From positions 1 to 33,628 of the IMG/VR virus record IMGVR_UViG_3300017913_000012: a stretch of 33,628 bases of DNA. The stretch is one strand, 5' to 3'. Numbering within the stretch: the first letter of the stretch is position 1; each line of letters starts with the position of its first letter. Both the position numbers and the translations under genes were made by a program. This document shows, piece by piece, positions 25,667 through 32,480 of this stretch. The DNA is from a virus (lineage: Duplodnaviria > Caudoviricetes). The notes under the pieces are model-generated. The model was given only the letters and a program-made list of their open reading frames with translations, ran no database searches and was not told the origin of the DNA.

Positions 25667-27517
25667 TTAGTGAACGTCACTATAGCGTTGACCATATTGA
25701 ATATCAATACCTAAGTCAACATTTAATTTAAGGTCTTCATTAAGTTTTTCAATAGCCCAATTCAATGCATCACTGTGCTCATTCTGTTCTCCTTCTTTGA
25801 CTAAGTTAATTGATTCGTCATGGAACTGACCGATGATGTTGGATCTACGTGTACGATAATACGCAACCCACTTATCAAAACAGTAAGCTCCTGTTGATTG
25901 GTTCAGTGTAGAGAAGATATCTTTCTCATACCTAAGTGAATGCCAAAACTTACTGACTGGATTCTGCACCCACATCTCACCATTTATCTTTCGTACCTTT
26001 TGATCTTCAGCAAACTTTTTAACAGACCAGTTACGTTTCCAGTACGCATCAAGAAGTTTCTGTGCTTCTTTAATAGACAAGCCTGTAGTGCGTGATAATT
26101 TAGGTGAGCCTACACCATAGGTTGCAGAATAGTTTACAACCTTATAGTTCTTACGCATAGCTTTTAGCTCAGGCTTTTCACCACGATTATAAGCATCAAT
26201 GTCAGATTGCTTTACAGCACCAGCATGTTTAGCCAAGTCAAGGTGTGGATCAAAGCCAGCCTGTGACATCTCCTCTACATACTCTGGATCGTAGGGCTTC
26301 ATGTAATGCCGCTTAGTTGTATCTTCAAGTGATGTCATGTCAGCACCACAAAGAACATAACCCTCTGGTGCAATCAGACAACCACGTATCTCTTTACCCC
26401 AAGGTCTATCAACTCCAGGTAGATTTACCAAAGGCTTTCTGTGTTTGAAGCGTAGTGTGTTAGTGAGGCCATCAATCTCTGCCTTCACATAACCATTACG
26501 TTCTGTCTCAAGGAAACCTTTGAAGATACCTTGTCTGTGTTGAAGCATAGAGAAATCAGCAAGAACTTTAATAGCAGGGTTAGTCTCTGCTAACAACTCA
26601 ACAGACCTAGTAAGTTCATTGTCCCAACGGACTTGAGGTATCTTACGTACTGACCCATCATCCTCTTTTACTTCTTTAAACCTACAAGGTTCCCAACCAA
26701 GAGAGAACAACCACTCTTTGATTTGAGGGTTTGACTTAGGGTTAGGTTCATCCCAACGTTTGATAACCTCAACGTCACCGTCATGATGGGGTGGTAGATT
26801 GTGCTCTGCCAATAAAGCAAACCACTTATCACCAAGTGAAGATAGTGACCCGTCCTTCTTGAAGCAAGCTTTTGGTTTACGTTTGATAGCTACAACTTTT
26901 CTCTTTGGCATAACCTGTTTAAGTTCAGACTCTTTATCTGTGATGAGTTTGTCAAGATCATCGTAGCATTTCTGTGCTAACTCCCTATCTAGCTTCCAAC
27001 CAACTTGCTCTGCAGTAGCAGCACAGTTCATCTTAAATTCTAGATAACGGAAGAACTTGTCTAACTCTTTTTTATCTTGATAAAGAAACATAAACCGTTT
27101 CAGTAAGTCTTTCCAAAGCATCCAGTTAATCTTGACATCCTCTGTACAACGGTGTGCATACTCTTCCAAAGAAAGGTTTTGCCAGTCATCAATCTTAGGT
27201 TTAGGGATACCGAAGTCTTCACCAAAAGATTCAAGCCCATGCTTGTTACCTGCCCGTGTGTAATTTAATACCCACGACATAGGTAAGGTGTCAAACAGAC
27301 GTGCTTTGATGTTGATGCCAAGTATCTTTTCAAGAAGAGGTACATCGTAACGCACAATGTTGTGGCCGATCAAACCATTCTGAGACAAGATGAGATTACG
27401 CATGTCGTTATAGTCAAACAAAGTGTCGTAGTTAATACCATCGTAGGTATAAGATAAGCAGTGTATCTTCGTAGCATCATCCAAAAGGTTGTCAGCTTCT
27501 ACGTCAAATACAATCAT
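25667..27517 (-). CDS. polA: Family A DNA polymerase with 3'-5' exonuclease domain (616 aa)
   Basis: ExoI FDVEA, ExoII HN..YD; motif A GADMTSLE, motif B KVVNYSATYG, motif C FHDE. Confidence 0.95.
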   Translation of the reverse strand: MIVFDVEADNLLDDATKIHCLSYTYDGINYDTLFDYNDMRNLILSQNGLIGHNIVRYDVPLLEKILGINIKARLFDTLPMSWVLNYTRAGNKHGLESFGEDFGIPKPKIDDWQNLSLEEYAHRCTEDVKINWMLWKDLLKRFMFLYQDKKELDKFFRYLEFKMNCAATAEQVGWKLDRELAQKCYDDLDKLITDKESELKQVMPKRKVVAIKRKPKACFKKDGSLSSLGDKWFALLAEHNLPPHHDGDVEVIKRWDEPNPKSNPQIKEWLFSLGWEPCRFKEVKEDDGSVRKIPQVRWDNELTRSVELLAETNPAIKVLADFSMLQHRQGIFKGFLETERNGYVKAEIDGLTNTLRFKHRKPLVNLPGVDRPWGKEIRGCLIAPEGYVLCGADMTSLEDTTKRHYMKPYDPEYVEEMSQAGFDPHLDLAKHAGAVKQSDIDAYNRGEKPELKAMRKNYKVVNYSATYGVGSPKLSRTTGLSIKEAQKLLDAYWKRNWSVKKFAEDQKVRKINGEMWVQNPVSKFWHSLRYEKDIFSTLNQSTGAYCFDKWVAYYRTRRSNIIGQFHDESINLVKEGEQNEHSDALNWAIEKLNEDLKLNVDLGIDIQYGQRYSDVH

Positions 27518-29118
27518 GCTGCTATATCACTCCTTTCATACGGTGGTTCTTCACTAAGCAGTGTAGTTTCTGGATCATAGTAGACTGACCCTGCCTTACC
27601 TAACTTAGAGAATGGTCGGTTCTTGTCAACAATAAACTCAGTAGTATTCTGAAGAATCTCGTCTTCAGATTCTACATCACGTTCTATCTTTACACAAATG
27701 ATAGCCTCCTCTTCAAGAGAAGCTGCATACTTTGTACGCCCATCATCATTGACCTGTGATATAAAGATCACACCTATGTTCAACTCTTTGGCGAGCTGTG
27801 CCATACGTGAACCTAGTGTAGTCAGTGTGCTTGTAGCCCCATCAACTCCTGACTGTGATAGGTAAGCCAGTCGTTGTACGTGGTCAACAAAGATGAAGTC
27901 AGCACCGTATACCGATGCCGACAGTCTTACATAATCAAGCAGCTTAAGAGGATCATCATGGCTACGCATTTCAAAGATGATAGTACGTTCACCCTGTGTT
28001 ATATCCTGAGCTGCTTTGATTACCTCTGGTTCACTAAAGCCATTATCCCTAGCATCATCTTTGGTTCTTACATTGACACCAAGTTGATAGGTGGCCATAG
28101 CCCGATACGTTGTAGACTTCATCTCCTCCATGTGCAAGAGGGCAATGCGTGTAGCTCCATCACGCAACAAGCCAGTCTCAAAGTATCGGATAACTTCGGT
28201 CTTACCAGTACCACGAGGAGCTTTGATAAAGGTAAGACCGCCCTTAACCATACCCCTGATCTTATCATCAAGGCCAGAGTGACCAGTAGGTACATACTCG
28301 TAAGGGTTTTCGTTTAGGATAGCTGCTTCCACATCTGCATCAGAACAGAAGAAGTTTTCTGGTGAATAACGTTGTGGCTTCTTAGCAGCCCACATCAATT
28401 CGTTACCATCACCTGCAGTTAGAAAGTCATTAGCATCCTTATGCTTTGTCATCGGAACAAACCAAAACTTATCTGGAAAAGCTTGATATAGTTTGTCCGC
28501 TGCTCTGCGACCTGCGTCATCAAGCTCACCTGCATACACAATCTCTTTGAAAGACGAAAGGTATGGGTGATTGTGCTTGATGAACTTCTCACCGATAGAT
28601 GCGCTGGGTAAAGACTTTACAGGAAACGTCTTGCCTAAGATCTGATATAAAGATGCAGCATCGAACTCACCTTCGGTAAGATAGATACGTTGACTGGTAC
28701 CCGCATTAAACTCTGGGCCAAAGAGAAAGTGCATACCAAGTCCACGGTCTTTGACCCAAGACCTAGACTTATCGTCAACCATTCTATACTTAACTGTGTG
28801 CGGGTACTTGTACGCATAACGTACTGGCTTACCCTCATTAGTTTGTATTTGTATTCCGTATAGTTCACAGACTTCAGGGTCAATACCTCTGATGCCTTCG
28901 AACGTCATACCATTTACAGGTATATCCATAGGGTTTCTCCTCTCCTTTAGGGGATACTCTGATCTTACCCAATCGAAAGTCTCTGGCATATCTTTCATTG
29001 GATAAGAGTTGCCGCAGGAATGACAATGACCGAAGCCATCATCGTTCCAATTAAAAGCGTCGCTTGATCCGCAATCTACGTACGGACAGGCTAAGTGTGG
29101 GTTATCGTTGTCTGCCAT
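27514..29118 (-). CDS. Fused DNA primase/helicase, T7 gp4-like (534 aa)
   Basis: N-terminal Cys4 zinc finger, TOPRIM TEGEFDA and KDAND, Walker A APRGTGKT, FVDH, ISQVN and KNR motifs. Confidence 0.93.
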   Translation of the reverse strand: MADNDNPHLACPYVDCGSSDAFNWNDDGFGHCHSCGNSYPMKDMPETFDWVRSEYPLKERRNPMDIPVNGMTFEGIRGIDPEVCELYGIQIQTNEGKPVRYAYKYPHTVKYRMVDDKSRSWVKDRGLGMHFLFGPEFNAGTSQRIYLTEGEFDAASLYQILGKTFPVKSLPSASIGEKFIKHNHPYLSSFKEIVYAGELDDAGRRAADKLYQAFPDKFWFVPMTKHKDANDFLTAGDGNELMWAAKKPQRYSPENFFCSDADVEAAILNENPYEYVPTGHSGLDDKIRGMVKGGLTFIKAPRGTGKTEVIRYFETGLLRDGATRIALLHMEEMKSTTYRAMATYQLGVNVRTKDDARDNGFSEPEVIKAAQDITQGERTIIFEMRSHDDPLKLLDYVRLSASVYGADFIFVDHVQRLAYLSQSGVDGATSTLTTLGSRMAQLAKELNIGVIFISQVNDDGRTKYAASLEEEAIICVKIERDVESEDEILQNTTEFIVDKNRPFSKLGKAGSVYYDPETTLLSEEPPYERSDIAA

Positions 29119-29290
29119 TGAGTAGCTCCACTAACATTTCCAGCATCATTAATACTGAAACCACAGGCCAAGTCAAGGCTAATCTTATAGGTGCATTTGG
29201 ATTGTCTTCATCCGCAGCTTCAGTAATACCTAATACAAAGATAGCTCCAAGCAGGTACATACAAGCTGCACCTGATAAAAAATCCATCAT
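29102..29290 (-). CDS. Small two-TM hypothetical protein (62 aa)
   Basis: GAGGAG RBS, ATGA overlap, two hydrophobic segments. Confidence 0.7.
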   Translation of the reverse strand: MMDFLSGAACMYLLGAIFVLGITEAADEDNPNAPIRLALTWPVVSVLMMLEMLVELLNGRQR

Positions 29291-29526
29291 CTTTTTCTCC
29301 TCAGTTGTAATTTAAATACACCCTCTGGACTATTCAGAGCTGCATAAATATCAAGAAACTGTTGGTAAGTTAGAATTACCATCTCGTATGCATTAGCATC
29401 GTAATCAAACTGTCGAATGTAAACTAGAGCATCATCGCCCAAGATTACTTCTACATCATCACATTCAGCACTCTCGTCAATAGTGGTGATGATAGATGCA
29501 TCGGGTTCAAACTCAACGGTAAACAT
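29287..29526 (-). CDS. Acidic hypothetical protein (79 aa)
   Basis: AGGA RBS; overlaps both neighbours. Confidence 0.75.
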   Translation of the reverse strand: MFTVEFEPDASIITTIDESAECDDVEVILGDDALVYIRQFDYDANAYEMVILTYQQFLDIYAALNSPEGVFKLQLRRKR

Positions 29527-29722
29527 TGTCAGTCTTTCCTATGTGATCCTCTATAAAATCGTACACTATCTGCATGTCTAACTCAGCAGCAGCACAGTAG
29601 AGTACAAGCTTCAGCCCCTCACTAGCCAACATCTCACGTACATCATCGTCTAGTTGTACTGTGAATGTAGCTGAACCATCTTCATGTTCCTCTACATTTT
29701 CTACACCAATCATCCCAGTCAT
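29513..29722 (-). CDS. Acidic hypothetical protein (69 aa, MTGMIGVE...)
   Basis: ATGA overlap with the thyX stop and AAGGAG RBS support ATG 29722 rather than 29749. Confidence 0.75.
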   Translation of the reverse strand: MTGMIGVENVEEHEDGSATFTVQLDDDVREMLASEGLKLVLYCAAAELDMQIVYDFIEDHIGKTDNVYR

Positions 29723-30390
29723 TCTGCATACTCCTTCAGTGCTTCCCAAGATATTGGGTACAGGTTTTCCATCTCCTCGTCAATAGCATCTGCTACCACA
29801 CGAGTCTCTGCCTGTGTATCATCTTTACATCGTAGGCTACACATCTTGGCAAAGGCAAAGAGTGAGCCAGACCAGTACCACTCAGTCATCATAGACTGTG
29901 GCAATACCATACGTGCTTGCTCCTCACATGTACCTAGCTCTAGCATACGTCTGTATGTTCTTGCTGCACCCTTGGTAAGCTGATCATACTTGTTTTGTAC
30001 AGCTTTCTTTGCACCACTATCAAGTGGTCCACCACTTCCTTGTTTCTTATCTCCTGATGCTTCACGCCAGTGTGGATCAAAGAACTCTGGTTCAGAATTG
30101 ACATACCTACGGCTGATCTCGTTCCAAGGCATGTACTCATGCTTGACTAGCTGTCGGGCCACAAAGATCGGTGCCTTGACATGGAAGGTAGCAAAGGCAT
30201 GGTTGAATGGTGACTTGTGCTTGTGCTTGGCTAGGTACATGATAAGTCTGCAATCCTTAGTAGACAGTACCTTAGCTTCACCGTTGTGTACCCTCGGTAA
30301 CCAGTCAGATTTCTTACCAAAGCTAACACGTGCTGCATTTACCACTGATAGGTCACTGCCCATGTGGTCAATGTAAGTTACTTCAATCAT
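29719..30390 (-). CDS. thyX: Flavin-dependent thymidylate synthase
   Basis: VNAARVSF, H.SPF.H, APIFVARQL.KH...NEISRRY, EQARMVLP and LR....Q.E motifs. Confidence 0.93.
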   Translation of the reverse strand: MIEVTYIDHMGSDLSVVNAARVSFGKKSDWLPRVHNGEAKVLSTKDCRLIMYLAKHKHKSPFNHAFATFHVKAPIFVARQLVKHEYMPWNEISRRYVNSEPEFFDPHWREASGDKKQGSGGPLDSGAKKAVQNKYDQLTKGAARTYRRMLELGTCEEQARMVLPQSMMTEWYWSGSLFAFAKMCSLRCKDDTQAETRVVADAIDEEMENLYPISWEALKEYAE

Positions 30391-31271
30391 TCTTTTTGTC
30401 TCCTCGCTAGTGCGTTAGTTGCAGTTTTAAAACTGAACTTATTGTATGGGTTCAAACTTGCTACACTCTTATGCCCTGAAACAGATTGAATTGCAAGGTG
30501 GTCAATACCACTCTCAATCATCTGGACAATAGCAGTCTTACGCAAGTCACCCACCTGTAAATCTTCGGGTAATCCAGCCTCATCTTTAACCTCACGTAGC
30601 ATGGCAGTCATCTGCTGAATAGACATAGGTCTATAGGCATTGTCTTGTGGCCTGTGATGAGGTACTACATATTCTTGGAAGTCTAGATCTTCCTTCTGCT
30701 CAGAAAGCATATCATAAAGATTGTCTGGGATTGGTAACTCTACTGTAGATCCACGCTTACTTTGCGTTATCGTAACCTTGCGTTCCTCTAGGTCTATGTT
30801 GTCCCACTCAAGGTTACGGATATCTACTGGACGTTGACCCCACTCATAGCACATCAATACTATCAGTCCGATACTACGCCATTCAAATTTAGTAAAGGCA
30901 GTGTCAAGAAACTTCATCACCTGATCGTGTGTCCATGTGACAGAACGGGGTGTAGCTTTACGCTTCTTAACTCTAGCCATTGGGTTGTGAGTTATGAACT
31001 CAAGCATACACATATGGTTCATGAGAACAGAGAACACCCTCGCACAATGGTTTGCGTTGGAGGTGGATGTCTCTGCTTCCCAAGTGTCGTACAACTCAAC
31101 ACACATAGGAACGTTAATTTTATCAAGCATAACATTACCTAGTGTCTTGCCCATTACAGACATACGACAGAAAGAATTGAGGTTGTACTCGTAGTTTAAC
31201 TGGGAGGAACGTGACAGTGAGTTAAACTGTCGGGAATGTAGGTAGTTAAACACAGCACCTTTAAATCTCAT
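30387..31271 (-). CDS. Tyrosine recombinase/integrase (294 aa)
   Basis: GQRPVDI (Arg), QSKRG (Lys), GDLRKT, SGH and PY catalytic pattern; ATG 31271 with AGGA upstream, where the track uses TTG 31286. Confidence 0.9.
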   Translation of the reverse strand: MRFKGAVFNYLHSRQFNSLSRSSQLNYEYNLNSFCRMSVMGKTLGNVMLDKINVPMCVELYDTWEAETSTSNANHCARVFSVLMNHMCMLEFITHNPMARVKKRKATPRSVTWTHDQVMKFLDTAFTKFEWRSIGLIVLMCYEWGQRPVDIRNLEWDNIDLEERKVTITQSKRGSTVELPIPDNLYDMLSEQKEDLDFQEYVVPHHRPQDNAYRPMSIQQMTAMLREVKDEAGLPEDLQVGDLRKTAIVQMIESGIDHLAIQSVSGHKSVASLNPYNKFSFKTATNALARRQKE

Positions 31272-31315
31272 ATCTTTCCTATCCAATGTGTACAGTCATC
31301 ATGCGGGTCATCCAT
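31268..31315 (-). CDS. 15-aa micro-ORF MDDPHDDCTHWIGKI, not in the ORF track
   Basis: AGGAG 6 nt before the ATG; its TGA overlaps the recombinase ATG (ATGA). Confidence 0.6.
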   Translation of the reverse strand: MDDPHDDCTHWIGKI

Positions 31316-31325
31316 ATTGGACTCC

Positions 31326-31402
31326 TGGCCCACCCCGCAGGACTCGAACCTGCAACCCCCTGATTAGAAGTCAGGTGCTCTATCCAGTTGAGCTAGGGGT
31401 GG
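31326..31402 (-). tRNA. tRNA-Arg (anticodon TCT), 77 nt with encoded CCA
   Basis: Acceptor CCACCCC/GGGGTGG + G + CCA; D arm TAGCTCAACTGGATAGAGC; anticodon arm CCTGA-CTTCTAA-TCAGG; T arm GCAGG-TTCGAGT-CCTGC. Confidence 0.97.
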
Positions 31403-31415
31403 TACATTAAGTATT

Positions 31416-31467
31416 ACTTAAAGTATCTCTACTACTTTAATTATTTTAGTAGTAAAGAACTTTAAGT
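31416..31467. repeat. AT-rich imperfect inverted repeat (21/20-bp arms, 11-nt loop)
   Basis: acttaaagtatctctactact (31416-31436) pairs with agtagtaaagaactttaagt (31448-31467) with one bulge and one mismatch. Confidence 0.85.
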
Positions 31468-31510
31468 TATACTTTAAGTATTATATACGTCAACTTAAAT
31501 CTTCTGTCAA
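31466..31510 (-). promoter_or_regulatory. Putative sigma70-type promoter(s) for the tRNA/replication operon
   Basis: Minus strand TTGACA (31510-31505) with TATATA at 17 nt or TATAAT at 19 nt; nested TTGACG-16-TATAAC. Confidence 0.6.
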
Positions 31511-31523
31511 GTGCGACATTTTG

Positions 31524-32480
31524 TCATGAGTATCTACGACTAGCATAATTATCCATGTAGTTGTAAAAATGTGACATGTCGTCTATCTGACACTCTTCCA
31601 TTAAGCTGTAAGGTGTAAAGCCATAGGAGGATAGTAACTCTGCTACAGCTTGAGGGTAGTCAATCACTAGATCCATCAGTGCATCAACGTCACTATTTTC
31701 TTTAGTGTTATCAATAACATAAGAGCCTTTGTCATAGTACAGTGACTCTACTACAGAGGGGTCACGTTTGAATACTAGCTTAGACCAATCAGCAGTCTCA
31801 AGTGCAGCGATCAGTTGATCAAGATACTCAAGGTCTTGTGTCTCATTGACACCATGTTGTCCATAGTAACCGACACTGATGTTGGTACACTCAGGGATGA
31901 GCATGGAGTATTCATTACTGTCAGTGTAGGAACCACCATCATCAGGTTTCAGTTGAGGCATCTTCAAAGCATCAGAGAATGATCGAGCAAACTCATCCGA
32001 TGCAGTACGCATACCCATCTGGTGTGTGATCACAGACTTGTCACCGTAACGGTCAAAGGATATTACAGCTTTGGTGTACATCATCCAGTCAGGCATGTCA
32101 TCTACCAGTGCAGCACTACCCTTACAACCAACCTCTTCAGCTGCATGAACAACATAGGTACCTTCAACACCTGCCTCAATCATGTGAAGCATGATGTATA
32201 TACCAGTGGTACAGTCAGCACCAAGGCAGTTGGATGTCTTGCTGTCAGCCACAGACACAACATCATTGGTAACAACAATCTTTTGCATACCCTCAGTCTT
32301 GTGTACTGTGTCATGGTGTGCAGTAAAGCACAGGTGTGGCTCATATCCCACTTGTGTGACATAATTACCATGCTCATCAGGTTCACCGAACACAGGTTCG
32401 AGAAACCTTTTACAAAATTCTTTCTGGGTAAAGCTACCCTCTGGCCGCTTGTACCGCAGCATCTCTACTAAACTATGCAT
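31524..32480 (-). CDS. M20/M28-clan zinc metallopeptidase (318 aa)
   Basis: Metal-ligand motifs AHHDTV, GADC..G, AAEEVG, FDR and C-terminal VGYYGQH...E. Confidence 0.85.
   Translation of the reverse strand: MHSLVEMLRYKRPEGSFTQKEFCKRFLEPVFGEPDEHGNYVTQVGYEPHLCFTAHHDTVHKTEGMQKIVVTNDVVSVADSKTSNCLGADCTTGIYIMLHMIEAGVEGTYVVHAAEEVGCKGSAALVDDMPDWMMYTKAVISFDRYGDKSVITHQMGMRTASDEFARSFSDALKMPQLKPDDGGSYTDSNEYSMLIPECTNISVGYYGQHGVNETQDLEYLDQLIAALETADWSKLVFKRDPSVVESLYYDKGSYVIDNTKENSDVDALMDLVIDYPQAVAELLSSYGFTPYSLMEECQIDDMSHFYNYMDNYASRRYS

Noticed and set aside
21153-29118. Inteins or introns in RNR, PolA or helicase
   Set aside because: The proteins are compact with contiguous motifs, and no splice-junction or homing-endonuclease signatures were seen.
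31469-31500. XerCD dif site beside the recombinase
   Set aside because: No TTATGTTAAAT-like XerD arm in an 11-6-11 arrangement; only general AT richness.
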